Source: Vicugna vicugna (lineage: Eukaryota). From it: 64,000 bases of DNA. The stretch lies in contig MU058252.1 of assembly GCA_013265495.1 (NCBI GenBank), positions 1,956,244 to 2,020,243 of the forward strand, given 5' to 3'. Below are positions 26,892-40,349 of the stretch, one piece after another (position 1 is the first letter of the stretch; each line of letters starts with the position of its first letter). Position numbers and translations under genes: made by a program. The notes under the pieces were generated by a model. It saw only the letters and a program-made list of their open reading frames with translations. It ran no database searches and had not been told where the DNA came from.

Positions 26892-27134
26892 CTAAATTAT
26901 TACTATTTCAACGTCTTTATTTTCCACAGGTTAAGACACTCTAAGGGTCTCCTGCAAGATGGTTTGGGGATAAGAAACCAATAGTTATACTAAAAAGAGG
27001 CCTTGGCTTTTTAAGAGAAATGATTTTCTTCCCCAGTTTCCGTTGCAGCCAGGAGGATGTAAAAATTGATGGGAAACTGACATGCCAAAGGGCTCATGAG
27101 CAACACAAGTCTCTTCTCAGACATGGGAGTCCAC

Positions 27135-27239
27135 CTGGGACAAGAAACACCCAAGATTTCTCTGTTGCTCACGACCAGTCCCTGGGGTATGCATGGCGCC
27201 GAGCATCTCCCCAAGAGTGGAAACAAGTTTCCAATTTAC
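27135..27239 (-). pseudogene. Pseudo-exon VNWKLVSTLGEML... (phase 0-0)
   Basis: gtgcttttcag acceptor, CAG|gtggac donor; 105 bp, open. Confidence 0.45.
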
Positions 27240-27833
27240 CTGAAAAGCACCACACAAATGTGGGTTATCTTTTGCAGTCAGCTCTATAAACTGAATACGT
27301 AACATTCAGTAGAAGCTGGTGGGGTGATGGTGGGGCAGTTCAGTGGATCCCTTGGTCCATCTGCGTGTTCTCTAGAGCACACACCCACTCTGGCCCTGGG
27401 CACCCCCACGGGTGCTGCTGCAGAAGTTCTGCCATGAGAGGTTCCCAGGGGCACGGAAACCAGAGCCAGGAATGCCCCCTCCCGCCTCAGCTGTGTTCTA
27501 GGTCTTTGGGGGAGTAAAGCTTAAAGCCATGTCTCAATTTCTCTCTGTTTCTATTCGCCCACGTACTCTAGCTCCCTGCCCCAGCCCATCCTTACCCTCC
27601 TAAGACTTTACGTGATTGGTGACTCCATCCTTGAAGGTCACATGTAGGTTAACCCTTCTCATCGCCTTTCCTCTCAACAACGCCTTCATCCCTTTGGTGA
27701 TTGGTGCCTTTTCCCCCATCACAATTCCCAGTTAGGTCCATCTACCCATCTACGAGGTTGGCATCTTCCACCCCTTACCCAAATTGTCCAGTTCTGTGTC
27801 CCACCTATGGAGACAAATGTAACAAATTCTTAC

Positions 27834-27910
27834 TATGATGTGAATGGCAGACAAGGCTCTATCTACTTTTCTCAGACAACCCATGAGTATTTTAACGAGA
27901 CCCTCCAGTG
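27834..27910 (-). pseudogene. Pseudo-exon LEGLVKILMGCLRKVDRALSAIHII (phase 1-0)
   Basis: cattcccctgcag acceptor, gtaaga donor; open. Confidence 0.5.
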
Positions 27911-28191
27911 CTGCAGGGGAATGACTGGTTAGGAAATTGTGGGCAGATGGGACAGATGTGTTTCCGTGTGAGAGAGGATGGGGACGCCTCTTTGCTTCTC
28001 GGCCCTCAGCTGTCAGATGACTGTCTGCACTTTGTCTGATATTTCCCAGTGCTGATGATAGAGCAAAACTGCCAGCATGAGTTCAGGGCCAATGGGTGTT
28101 GGGGTGAACGGTGCCTTTGAGATCATTTCATCCCACGTTCTCATCCTTGAAGTGAGGCTTGGGGGGGGGGGTGGAGAGGGCTACTGGTCAC

Positions 28192-28322
28192 TGTGAGCGA
28201 CGGCCCCGTGAGGACAGCAGCGCCCTGTTCCTTCAGCTCCCTGCTCTTGCCCGTCTTGTGAAATTCCTGCCCCACAGAGAAGGCACTGGGGTTGCTCTGT
28301 TTTAATTTTTTTTTTTGCTGCA
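28192..28322 (-). pseudogene. Candidate pseudo-exon QQKKKLKQSNPSAFS...
   Basis: Strong acceptor tttttttttccag, donor gtgacc; open frame. Confidence 0.35.
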
Positions 28323-28784
28323 CTGGAAAAAAAATCTATAAACCCAAGGTGGGCCTTGAATATTCAGAAATCTACATACAACCCGTTGTTTCAGGCCTAG
28401 TTTTCTGTCTCTCTGCCTCCTAAGCACACTCCCTAATTACTCCAGGCTTCAGTGAACTTCATCTCTCTGGAGCATCTTTGAAATGCATACCATCACCTCC
28501 ACATACAAAACAACATAAGAATATAAAGTGCTCAACTAGCCGTTAGTCTGGTCTCGTCAGTCAGATGCTAACCCTCCTGAGGGCAGGCCCTCCCGGCTGC
28601 GGCTGTGCTGAGCTTGGGCTGCCAAGCGGACCTCCAGGCGGCACCAGCTGCTGCTCTTCCAGGAGGGAGCCATGCTAAGTACTGCATTCTCAGAATACGG
28701 CTGTCCAGAGTTCTCATCCTTTGACTGGTTATTGGAGTTACTTAGCAGAGAAACAAGGATGCTTTAGGAGCTGCTACAGAAGTT

Positions 28785-29290
28785 GTGGTATTTTTATACA
28801 GTGGAATACTACCCAGTCATAAAAAAGAATAAAATAATGCCATTTGCAGCAACATGGATGGACCTGGAGACTGTCACTCTAAGTGAAGCCAGAAAGAGAA
28901 AGAAAAATACCGTATGATACCACTCGTATGTGGAATCCAAAAAAAAAAAAAAAGGAAGCAAAGAAAAAAGAGGACACTAATGAACTCATCTACAAAACAG
29001 AAACAGACTCACAGACATAGTAAACAATCTTATGGCTACTGGGGGAAAGGGGGTGGGAAGGGATAAATTTGGGAGTTTGAGATTTACAGATGTTAACACT
29101 ATATATAAAAATAGATAAAAAGTCAAAATTTTTTGAATAGCACAGGGAACTATATTCAGTATCTTGTAATAACCTTTAATGAAAAAGAATATGAAAACGA
29201 ATATGTGTATATATATGCATGACTGGGACGTGCTGTACACCAGAAATTGACACACTGTAACTGACTGTACTTCAATTAAGAAAGAAACAA
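28785..29290 (+). mobile_element. Young L1 3' end
   Basis: gtggaatactac...gcagcaacatggatggacctggag...acttcaatt. Confidence 0.92.
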
Positions 29291-29461
29291 ACATGTGGCA
29301 GAGGAAGGACCCAAGCGGCCTCTGGAGGTGGGGAAGGAGGAAGCCAACGAGCTCCTTCCTCAAGCTCAGCCTTAAGGGCGTGGAGAAGCATTGTGAGCTA
29401 GGGCAATTCCAGGGAGCGGGCTGAATAAGTGAAGTGAATCACTGACCATCTGAAACAATTT

Positions 29462-29600
29462 AAACCACTGGTTCTTAATCTCTATGGAACACTGGGCCCC
29501 TTTGAGAATTTGATGGAAGTGACAGACCCTATCTTGAAATAAACACATAGATGCACACACTTTTGCAAATAAATCCAGGACTTTCAATGGCCCACTGAGT
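29462..29600. mobile_element. hAT/MER-type DNA transposon fragment
   Basis: ggttcttaatct...cccctttgagaatttgatggaag. Confidence 0.5.
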
Positions 29601-31649
29601 GAACACCCACAGGCGCCAGGCATCAGAAAGTGGCTCATTTTCACCCTTGACAGCATTCCCAGCAGCAGATTTAGAATTAAGCCTCTCAAACCAATGGGCA
29701 GAGCTAATGCGTGAATAGACGCATTAACGCAAAGCCTCACGGGCATTTTCTCACGTGGGAATGTCCGTGGTCTTTAATGGAGAGGGCGGTCGGGGATGTA
29801 GCTGGAAATTTCCAGGCTCTGAAGGCCCACAGGGTGGTCTGAATAGGGCACTCCTTTCTCTCAAGGGCTCCAGTAAGTCAAATAAAATAAATTTAAGCCA
29901 ATTTGGAGCCCATTTTTGTGTGTTCATGCCTGGACAGGCTTTACTCCCCGAGAGAATCCACAAAATCCCACATCACCCTCTCCCCTGCATATCTCTAGTT
30001 TCTAGCTAACAAAGGAATGAGAGTCTATTTTCTCACCATGGGGAATGAAAAGAGCCCAGAAAACAAGCTCAAGGACATCCCAGGCTTGAGGACTGGGAGA
30101 GAGACAGGGACATCCTTCGTGTGGAGTAAATGATCTTCCGACTCCATGGAAGCCTTTAGGGGGAAATGAGGGGGATTCCACTTCAGGACCTAGGACAGCG
30201 GATATGCTACAGCAAGAACTGCCCTCCCACCAGGGCCAGGAAAACCCCTTCTCATCTCTAAAGGCTCTCCCCGAAGGTATTCGGTTGCGAGTGGACCTTG
30301 GATGGGAGCGGTTCTTTAACAAGTGCGTTGTGTAAACTCAGCAGTGCTGAAAGTTCCCTGTATGACAATGTACCTTGATCAGAAGCCCTAACTCTTAAAA
30401 AGATGTATTATTGCTGAAATTTAGGAGGCTGTGGATTACCACGGTGAAGGACTGACACTAAACTCTGTCACCAGAGTCCTAGAGATGTGCCTTGTGTCCC
30501 CATGTGAAGCGCAGTTAAAGATGGCTCACGATTTGATGCTGGCTCTCGAAGGTGCTGGGTGTAGCCTCACTGCTCCTCATGCAGCGAGGGCTGGGGTGAA
30601 TGAAGTTCACGGGGTGTGAACATTAGAGGGTGGATGTTACTAGCAGCAGAGGAAAAGGAAACGGAAAGGCAACTGGGTGCTGAGGTCATGTTCCGTGCGC
30701 TTCGTTACTGACAGGCTGCCTTTCAGCTCATCCATCCATTTATCCACTGAAAAATATCAGTCACCTGTTTTGTCCAAGTCACATTAATTTGTACTGGAAT
30801 TGCCGTCTTTAACAAGAGCGATTTCCTGTTTTATAGACACCACATTCTAGCAGGGGAGAAAGATATTAAGCAATCAATTGCATAGTTACTCTTATCCCGC
30901 AGAGATTCTGAATTCTCTCCTCCATAAAAGCACTGAGGAAACTGGCACAAAGTGTCAGAATCAACTTGTAGAAACTAACCAGAGGCTTGCGGCAAGCCCG
31001 GGAGCATTTATTAAGAAAAATAGCCCAACCTCAGTAAAATCAGCAGGCTTTGTGGCATCTTAATACACTCTGTTCCAACTTCCCTGCCTGCAGTTCTGTG
31101 GGAGCCTGGGGCACTGCTGGCTGTCACCACGGAGGGAGCTGGCAGGGGGCACCTCGGCCGCACGGGGGGCAGGACAGCGCTGCAGTGCGCTCACAGCCTC
31201 ACGCCCGGAGAACCTTCATTATTTGACGCACTGGCTGGTTTTTTGGAAGACACCACTAGGGTGGCTGCTTTTATTTTACCTCATTCAGCGCCTGCCCTGA
31301 GCTCAAAGCCTTTCCCAGGAGCACTTGTCAAAAATATTTAGAGGCCATTGTCCAGCTCCGCGGCTGACTGAGGCTGGACAGGCAAATAAATCATCAGTGG
31401 GTAGCAGTCGGGCAAACAGTAGGCTACCAAAAACTCCAAAGGGAAAGCTGGAGAAGGAGGTGTCCAGATTTTTATTCTTAACGTCTTTATTGTGGTACGG
31501 TTCCTACACAGTAAACTACACACATTTCAGATGTACAATTTGATGAATTTTGATAGGTGTAGACACCCATGAAACCAGCACCACAATCAAGGTAGCTAGC
31601 AGAAATCTTCCTCAGATTCCCCAGGGATCGTGTTGCTGTTCATGGTTGC

Positions 31650-31805
31650 TTTCTTTTTATTAATTAATTTATTTTTAAACCTTGTTTTGTTGTTTTTTGG
31701 GGGGGTAGGTAATTAGGTTTATTTATTTAATGGAGGCACTGGGGACTGAACCCAGAACCTCCTGCATGCTAAGCGCACGCTACCACTGAGCTGTACCCTT
31801 CCCCC
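31650..31805 (-). mobile_element. tRNA-derived SINE
   Basis: Reverse complement of the SINE head and tail. Confidence 0.88.
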
Positions 31806-31864
31806 ATAGTTGCTTTGTTGTTTGTTTGCTCAGCGACTTTTCCCCAAAGTCTGTGTTGTTTTGT

Positions 31865-31983
31865 GTTTTTCTTTTCAAAATTGATTTATTTATTTATTAT
31901 TTTTTAACGGAGGTGCTGAGGATTGAAGCCAGGACCTCATGCATGCTAAGCACACACCCTGCCACTGAGCTATCCCTCCCCCC
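31865..31983 (-). mobile_element. tRNA-derived SINE
   Basis: Reverse complement of the SINE head. Confidence 0.88.
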
Positions 31984-33105
31984 ACGGCTGTGTTCTTTTT
32001 CGTGGGCAGGCGCTGGAGTGTCTGCTCGGCCATCTAAGGACTGCACAGAGACTTCCTCAAGACTCCAGGCTCTGCGGAGGGTCTCCGTGCGGGTGCTGCG
32101 GCCGCCGACAACTCTGCCTTACCCTTCTCTTCCTGCTGAGAGAGGCCGGCACAAAGACCACGTGTCGCGTGCATCCCCTTACCTGCGCGGCCCACAGCAG
32201 GCAAGTCCCTAGAGCCGGGAAGCAGGTCCGCGCGGGCGGCACTGTGGGGACGGCTGCTAGCAGGCACGGGGGTTCTTTTCATGCTGATGGAAAGGTTCTG
32301 GAATTAAATAATGGTAACAGGGAATACACTAAACATACCCGTGAATGTGCTGAAAACCCCTGAATTGTACTTCGTCAACGGTGAATTTGATGGCTTGTAA
32401 AGTTAAATGTCAGCTGTATAAAGGCTTCGTGGGGTAACTGGACTTGGTCAATGAGACACCTGCGAGCGGCCGAGATGGTTGAACAGAGACTGGACTTACC
32501 CTCCCGACTGGGAGACTCACAAAAGCCCAGGAGACAGTGGCTCTGGGGCTTGGGCATCAGGCAGTGGGGGACAGAGACCCCTGAGGCGTGGGAAGGGGAC
32601 AGGGGCCTGTCGCCCCCGGAGCCCCGCCTGAGGGAGTGGGCTGCGGCAAACGGCGACCTCCCGGGCTGGGCGGACGCAGCCGGGAGTTTGGGGGGACGAC
32701 GGTGCTTACCGTTCGCAAGCAGATTACCAGAGACGGCGGAGCTGACAGAGGGAAACCCGGAGACCTGACGGGACCCCCCAGATACTCAGCAAAGACTTAA
32801 TCAGCACGTGAGGGGGCCACCAGACCCGGGACGAGAAACCCCACGAAGTGACGGGCAGTAACCACGCCCAGTGCTCACACGGGACCCGGCCTCGTGCCCG
32901 TTGCCACCAACCAGGCTGGAAGGCTTCAAAATGTACAGGGTATCGGGTACAGCTCTCAGACGGGTGTCCCCAGGAGTGTGGAGTAACTAGCCCTACATCG
33001 CGCCTCACAAATTCTCAGAACGAGACCTAAAAAAGATCAGACTGATTCCAAGAAACTTAGCTGTATTCCAGCAAGGAGGGAAGGAAGCTCAAAACATTTA
33101 TGAGA

Positions 33106-33250
33106 GGGGTGGGGGTACAGCTCAATAGTGGAGTGCGTGCTTGGTGTGCACGAGGTCCTGGTTCAATCCCCAGCACCTCTGTTAAGGGGGAAAAATATAT
33201 ATATATATATTTATAAGAAAATATATATGTATATATATTTATAAGAATAC
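33106..33250 (+). mobile_element. tRNA-derived SINE with (TA)n tail
   Basis: cagctcaatagtgg...ggttcaatcccc. Confidence 0.85.
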
Positions 33251-34419
33251 AAAAATATTCACAGTCTGGCATCCAGTCAGAGATTACTAATCATAAAAAG
33301 AAGCAGAAAATCACAGCCCATAATAGGGATAACAATTGACACTAACAGAGAAAAAACATTAAAGTTAGAATTAGTAGAAATATTAAAATCATTTTTACAA
33401 TTGTATTCCATGCATTCAAAAAGCTGAACACAGGCATGGAAGTTATATAAGAACACTGAAAGCAAATTTCCAGAGTTGAAAACTACAATGTCTAAAATGA
33501 AAAATACACGTAATGGCAGATGAGGCACTGCAGAAAAGGATTCAAGAAAATGAGAACACAGCACCTCCACTCACCCAAAATGAACCTTAGAGAAAGAAAA
33601 AACTCGAAAGAGAGAAGTCAACAAGGTTTCAGTGAGCAGGGGGGCACTTTTATGTTGTGTAATATCATGAAATCAGAGTGCCTGGGAGAAGGTGGGGGAC
33701 GATAGAAAAGTACATGAAGAAACCCAGACAGACAGTTTCATGGTGGTCAAGGAGTCAGTCGGCGTAGTCAGCCCGGGGCCGGGCAAGTCCGGGCGCTCGG
33801 GGTTTCCCCAGGAGGGGAGCTCAGACTCAACCAGCTTCTGTGCAGAGGCTCCCTTCCCGGGACAGCAGTGGTTCTCTCATCTCTCAGTTGCTGGCTCACA
33901 GGGGCTCTGCCCAGCTGCCCCCAGCGCCCACCAGCCTCCTGCAGTTTAGCAGTAAAGCACTGAGAGTTTTCCACATTTGCTTTCTTTCTGGGGATGCTTG
34001 TCCTTGTGCTGAGTTCTCGGCTTCTGCTCCCTCAGCCTGGTCTGCCCTCGCAAAGGGGCCCCACTCCGCCGTGTTCCAGACCCGCTCCAGACGGCAGACA
34101 CACCGTCTCCACAGCACTTACTTCCTCCCCCCTCTCCCTCCTCCTTCCGCCGGGCCCTGGGTTGACGGCCTAGTTTTAAGACAGGTTGCACCTTCCACCC
34201 TCCAGCTGCCTTCTCTGCCTCCTCTGGGTCTTACAGCAGGTGCCAGCCAGGTTTCCCCCAGTACCATCCAGCTACACACTGCTCAGGGGATGGATCCTCC
34301 AGGGGCTTCCTCAGCCTGAGCCCCTGCCCAGTTCCCTCCCCACCACTCTTTATCCTCACGGATTTGTTCCTGCCAACTGGCTCTCCAGCCTTGGCTTCCA
34401 TGGGATGATAGTGAAACAG

Positions 34420-34879
34420 CACATGAAGCACTGATCACCGCTTTTGCTTCCTTAAAATAGGTTGCTGATTAATCAGACGTGGAGTTAGTTTACAGACACA
34501 GCACTGTGCACACGCAAGATGAGAACCCGCATGTCCAGGATGACCCAGAACTGAGAGTCTTCAGCCTACTGTACTCAAAAAATAAAATTGTTGCCACCAG
34601 AGCCCTCTATGTAGCGAGAAGTCCTTCAATAAGGAAAATCTGGCTTCCAGCAGCAAGAGGGGCATATATGGACTGTTTTGAGACTAGTCAATCAGCTTTG
34701 ACATTTGAAATTCCCCTAACCTCTTACATTTCCACTGAACCCTGGGTCTGGGAGACAGATATGAGGCCTGCCTCCTGTCTCCTTGCTGGTTAACCTTGCA
34801 ATAAATCTCTTTTCTCAAAACCTGGTGCCATGGAATTGGCTTCTGTGTGCATCAGTCAGTGGGCCCTTGCTTGGTAACA
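34420..34879 (+). mobile_element. ERV1-like LTR
   Basis: aataaatctcttttctc...ttggtaaca end. Confidence 0.65.
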
Positions 34880-36206
34880 ACTACAGGATAGGACTCACAA
34901 CATGCCAGCTCCCACTTTGATTGCCATTCCCTCTGCTTGGGAACATGGCAGCTCCTCTCCTGAGCACTTGATTAATAGTAGGAATAGATTATCAATAAGT
35001 AATCACTCAAGCACAGTTCTGATCTGTGAGAAGGGCAGGGTGCAGACAGAGCTTGTAACAGAGAGATCTGATCTCTCCTGAGGGATCACAAAGGTTTCCC
35101 TGGGGGTGATATTGATGATAAAACATTCAGGATTATTGGAATAAGGCAATGAAAGGGGGCATTAGGAAAGGGAAAATTTTAGACAGAGGGACTCAAAGAG
35201 TGAGACGCTTGGCTTTCCTGAGGGACTGAAGGAGGCTTGCGTGGCTGGAGGGGAAAGTTTAGGGGGGTGATAATGAGAGGTGCAGGCCCCCTACGGGGCA
35301 GACCAGAAGGCTTGGATTGTGTCCTAGATTGGTGAGCTGAACCTTTGAAAAGTTTTAATCAGGGGCACAAAATGGAAAAAAAAAAAAAGAGGACAAATTT
35401 TGAAGCTAATTAGGGTGCCATCAACAAGGCGGCCCCACGCGTTTTCACCCTCGTGAGCGGGACTTTAATTCCATGGGCAAGGACGGAGGACGACCAATGA
35501 GATGGGGGAGGCGTGCGAGCACAAGGACCGGGGTTTTGAAGATGAAACCATTTCCAGATTTTCCGTCTGTTTGGAATCACTAACGAACAGACCACGAGTT
35601 CCAGAGCCTTCGCTGCTGGCTGTGAGGAGGCTTCCTGGAAGCCCTGAAGTTGGCCTTGAGGGAGGGACGCGTTTAGGTAATCCTAGGGAAGTAAGCCCAC
35701 AGGATTCAGCATTTTATAGGACTACTGCCTTCATCCAGCCCCAGGAAATCAGTAGAGACAGACGAGTTTCTCATTAAAACAAACATAATGTCTTACGCAT
35801 GAAGCGTGATTCGACTCTGGAGGTGGGTGAAACCGGAGCCTAATGAAGCTGCAAGTGTTCAAAATCTCAGAAAACAACCACTTCCTCTTTCCTCTTCTTG
35901 GGTTCGCTCACCAGGTGGATGCGTGATGACCAGGCTCCAGTCAGGGTCCAGAAGTCACAGTAAGTAGGTCTGCACCCCTCCTGCCCCCAGGGCTTTGGTG
36001 TGGGAATCCGGGAGTCCTTTCCAGAGGTATGATAGTTTTTCTCACTTAAGCATCAAACAATAACAATAATTACTTTTCCTTTCTTACCCCCATGTAAAAT
36101 CTATACATAGAGCTGGAGAATGGGAAATTAAATTCTCACTCTAAGGGGTCCACTCACCTAACTCTATTTTAGAATATATGGTCAGTACCCATAACCCCAA
36201 AACATC

Positions 36207-36664
36207 TGTGATGGTTAATTTCATGTCAACTTGACTGGGCCCTGGGGTGCCCCGACATTTGGTCAGATATTAATCTGAGTGTGTCTGAGAGGGTGTTTTT
36301 GCATGAGATTAACATTTGAGTTGGTGGACTGGGTACAGCTGATTGCTCTCCTAATGTGGGTGGGCCTTGCCCAATCAGTTGTGAGGCCTGAATAGAACAA
36401 AAAGGCTGACATCTTTTCATCCCCTCTGTGCTGTCAAGTAAGAGAGAATTCCTCCTGCCTGACTGCCTTTGAATGGGGACTTGAGCTTTTTCCTGCCTTT
36501 AGACAACAAACTGAAACATCTACTCTCCCTGCACCTTGAGTCTATCAGCCTCTGGATCGAAGCTGATAGCAGTCCTGGTCTCCAGCTTGCAGACTCGCCC
36601 TGAAGATCTTGAGACTTGTCAGCCTCCATAATCCTTTAAGCTAATTCCTTAAAATATCTATTTC

Positions 36665-36696
<32 letters not shown>

Positions 36697-36839
36697 TCTA
36701 TCCATCCATCCATCCATCCATCCATCATTCATCTATCTGTCCATCCATTATCTATCTACCTACCTATCTGTCCATCCGTCCGTCCATCCATCCATCCATC
36801 CTATTAGTTCTCTTTCTCTGGAAAACCCTAACTAATTCA
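36207..36839 (+). mobile_element. MLT2 (ERVL) solo LTR with internal (TCTA)n/(TCCA)n
   Basis: tgtgatggttaatttcatgtcaacttgactgg start; ggaaaaccctaactaattca end; near-TSD acatc/gcatc. Confidence 0.9.
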
Positions 36840-37739
36840 GCATCCTATCTTTGTCTTCTAAGGATTGCACCGACTAGCTTTTGAAAAACCAGAAATAGCA
36901 TTTCCAGCTTTTCTCTCCATTCTATTGTTCTTAAGGGAAATGTCTTACTTGATAGTTGGACCCTCGGTAAACCCTCCACATCTGCCTTCTCTTCTTATCT
37001 TAGTACATGGTCCCCCTCCCACCTTCCAGACTCCCTACACTGCCTCTTGGTGACTTCAAACCCACCAAGAAAACCAAAGCCAACTTTATCTTCCCTCAGC
37101 TGACGTTCCCTAGTGATGACCCTGGAATGTATAAGGATGCATTTTCCTCTCCATCTGTTTGTATTACATGTTTTTATTTTTAAAATACTTTTAATTTGTC
37201 CTCAAATCACAAAGCCAAGGCAGCTTTCTTCTGGCCCCAGAGTGAGAATAGTCCTGCCTTTAATGAAATAGCCTGATGGAGGGCATAGTCAAGACCACAT
37301 ACCGTCTACAGCTCAGCACAAGAAACAGAACCCGGGTTGGGGTTCCTCTACTTTAATTGCTCTTTTGCATCTGTCCTTATTTCATTCCTCCCCTGGAGAG
37401 AGTTTTTGGAGCGGGTGTAGCCTGTGTCCTCTGAGAAACAAGGATTTTATTAAGGGAAGCATGTATAAAAGAAAATGGGGGACTCGTGACCTCACGGCTG
37501 CCAGACAGCTACTGAAAAGTTACATTCATGAAGACGATTGGATGGACCCAGTACTGCGCTGGAATTGAAAGCATCCAGAGAAATTTGCACACCTGCCTGT
37601 TGCACCTCGCTCTTCCTTTCCTCATCCTTCCTTGAAGATGCTGTGTTCTTTCTCATGACCGCCTTCTTTCATGCTGAAGGTTCCACTGGGAATTCACTTC
37701 TTTCTCTGTTTGTTCCACGTTGACTACCTCCGCATCTTA

Positions 37740-38360
37740 GTTGGCCACATGTATGCTGGTCTCGTGTTCTGTTTCATTGACCTGTGTGCTTGCCTTTCTC
37801 CACCAGGTCTTGACAGCAGATCTCCCTAGTGAGCTGACACATCAGGCAGTGTTCCCCAACTTTCTTGTTTTTCTTCAAAATTATTTTAGCTATTCTAGGT
37901 CCTTTTATTTCAAAGTAAATTTTAGAAAGAGCTTGCCCATTTCTACAAATAAGCCTGCTGGGATTTGGAGTGGAATTGCATTGTAGCTATAGATCAGTCT
38001 GGGTAGAATTGACATCTTAACAATGTTGAGTCTTTCAATTCATGAATAGTCTATTTCTCTTCATTAATTCAGGTCTTCTTGAATATTTCTCAGCAGGGTT
38101 TTGTAATTCAGATGTACAGATTTTGCACTTCCTTTGTTACATTTATCTCCAGTTATTTCATGTTTTTAATGCTATTGTAAGTAGCATTTATGTCATCCAA
38201 TTGTTTGTTATTATAAAAATACCATTGATTTTTGAATATTGACATTGTACTCTACAATCTTAAATAAATGCATCTGTTTGTAAATCCCTGAGCTGCAAAG
38301 AATGACAATTTTACTTCTTTGTATCCAGCCTGTATGACTTATTTCTTCAGCTGCCCTTAA
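37740..38360 (-). mobile_element. Old L1 ORF2 fragment
   Basis: gctgggatttggagtggaattgcattg...gacatcttaacaatgttgagtctt. Confidence 0.8.
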
Positions 38361-38480
38361 AAAAAAATCATGTAAATGAAAGACTCGTCATTCAGAACTT
38401 AAACTTAGAAATATTAGTGGAACTGCTCGGAGTTAGGCTACTGGTTGACCTGGCCAGGCCCAATCTCAGATCACGTTTAC

Positions 38481-38591
38481 TTTGGATGCTGCAGGTACCA
38501 GGAACAGGGCAGCAATGCAGCTGCATCCTGACCTCACTGCACACATGCCAGGTGGCTGAGATGCGTCTTCATAAATCAGCCCTTATTTTTG
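38481..38591 (-). pseudogene. Pseudo-exon QK*GLIYEDASQPPG... (phase 0-0)
   Basis: cctcactgcag acceptor, gtaaac donor; 111 bp. Confidence 0.4.
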
Positions 38592-38733
38592 CTGCAGTGA
38601 GGACATTGTTAACTTTTATAAAGTGGGTAGGGGCAGCTTAGCAATGTGATTGGTCAGTAATATCATTCAGCCTGCCGTGTGAATCTCTATGCGCGCACAG
38701 GCAGAAAGTCAGTCGCTTTACGCTCCTTCATAC

Positions 38734-38846
38734 CGCTTCCCATAAAACAGACAGAAAAGGCACTTGGGGAAAAGCTTGAACGCTATTCCTCGAACCTTTT
38801 TCCTCTCCTTTAACTCAATATAAATATACCACAGGCGGTCAGATGC
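38734..38846 (-). pseudogene. Pseudo-exon ...AFPQVPFLSVLWEA (phase 1-0)
   Basis: tttttccaatag acceptor, gtatga donor; 113 bp. Confidence 0.5.
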
Positions 38847-38922
38847 CTATTGGAAAAAGAGTTTTAACAGCAAGTGCAACTTCAGGAAAAATGAAGGGCT
38901 GTATTTTAGACTTTAATGTCAC

Positions 38923-38982
38923 CATCTCTTTGAAGACAAAATTAGGAAAGGAATTGGTGTTAGACCAAGCTGAAACCTTTAG
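38923..38982 (-). pseudogene. Pseudo-exon KGFSLV*HQFLS*FCLQRD (phase 1-1)
   Basis: cattcttgcag acceptor, gtgaca donor; 60 bp. Confidence 0.5.
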
Positions 38983-39118
38983 CTGCAAGAATGGTTCAGA
39001 AATAAACAAAAGTTTATTAAGAAGTTAATCTCTTTAAGCAAAAATATCTTTTATGTACATAAAGTGATATGGAATTAGCATTGCATTGACTGCCGGGGAG
39101 AGGGGTGAATAGAGTTAC

Positions 39119-39304
39119 TGCTAAAAAACAGAAGAAGGAGCAGTCTTCCTCAGAAGCTCCCATTCTCTCCAAAGCTCTAATTCTCTCCTGGAAACATTAC
39201 AGAAACAATGTAAGAGAATAAATGCACAGTTGGTTGTCAGCTGCGGTGTTGTATACCATATAGTAAACAAAACTGAGAGAATTGAGAGATGATTGAAAAT
39301 CCAT
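39119..39304 (-). pseudogene. Pseudo-exon(s) WIFNHLS...RRELELWREWELLRK
   Basis: ttttgttcag acceptor, gtaact donor; may contain a ~69-bp internal intron; L.LW.E.E resembles RGS helix 4. Confidence 0.5.
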
Positions 39305-40349
39305 CTGAACAAAACTAACCTGGCAGAACTGAGTTTCAGATTAGAGTTTATTTATAAAACAGTAGAATTTAGATAGATACGGGGGGAAAGAAGCCTGGGA
39401 TTTACGAGGCAGGTAAAGAGAAAAGTTAGAAACAAAACTCTGTCGCTCACGAGCTGAGTACCAAGGGGGAAATTACTTCAGCATTCTAAGTCTCAGTCTC
39501 CTCATCTGTAAAATAAATGGACGTAGGAATATGACGTAGTGATGGAGGGCATTACTTAGGATAGGCAAGAATGTTGCAGAGAAAACCTGAAATTCTCATT
39601 GGGTTAAAATGTAGCTTTATTCTTCATTCATGCTGTACCCCTGTTGTGGGTCAGGTGGGGAGACTGCTCATCGTAGTCACTCAGGGACCCGCGGGGACGG
39701 AGCAGCCACCATCTTGAACACTTTCGTCTCTGGACCACGAGGACAAGAGAGTCTTGGAGGAGAATTAGCAATTAAATGGTTCAGCCTGTACTCAAACGTT
39801 TCAGTACTGCACCCAGAAGTCACTGAGCGGGACATGTCACACCTGCAGCAATGGGGTCAGAATAGGATCCTACCATAGGGCTGGAATTTGGGAAAACAAA
39901 AACCATCTTAAGAACACTCGTGTTCACCGCAGAGAGGTTCTGCGAGGACTGAGGGAAACAATGCGCATCGCGGGCTGAGCAGGAGGCCTGAGCCACCCCA
40001 GGTCCTCGGTGAGTATCAGCTTTGTTTAGGAGCGAAGCCCAGGACTTTTTCTGGCAAATACTAGATTAGATGTCTTCTAACAGCTGTTCCACTGCGCTGC
40101 TCCTAATCCCTGTGGCTCTTAATTGTGTTATCACCATATTACAAGTGAGGACCCAGACTGATGGCTCAGGCAACTTTCTTCCTACCATGTGGCTGTTAAC
40201 TGACTCAATGTGGACTGGTACCCGGGTAAGTCAGACTCCAAACGCTCCTTTCATGATGCAACACTGTGTTTATTAAAGAGCCTTCTCAGTACTATGGTTT
40301 GTATGAAATGCAAGTGTGAGAGTTTGGCAAACTCCCTTCGTGGAGAAAT

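Noticed and set aside
38610..38655. CCAAT plus TATAAAA promoter on the minus strand with a short signal-peptide-like ORF
   Set aside because: It falls inside a predicted 142-bp intron of the relic gene, and such short motifs occur by chance.
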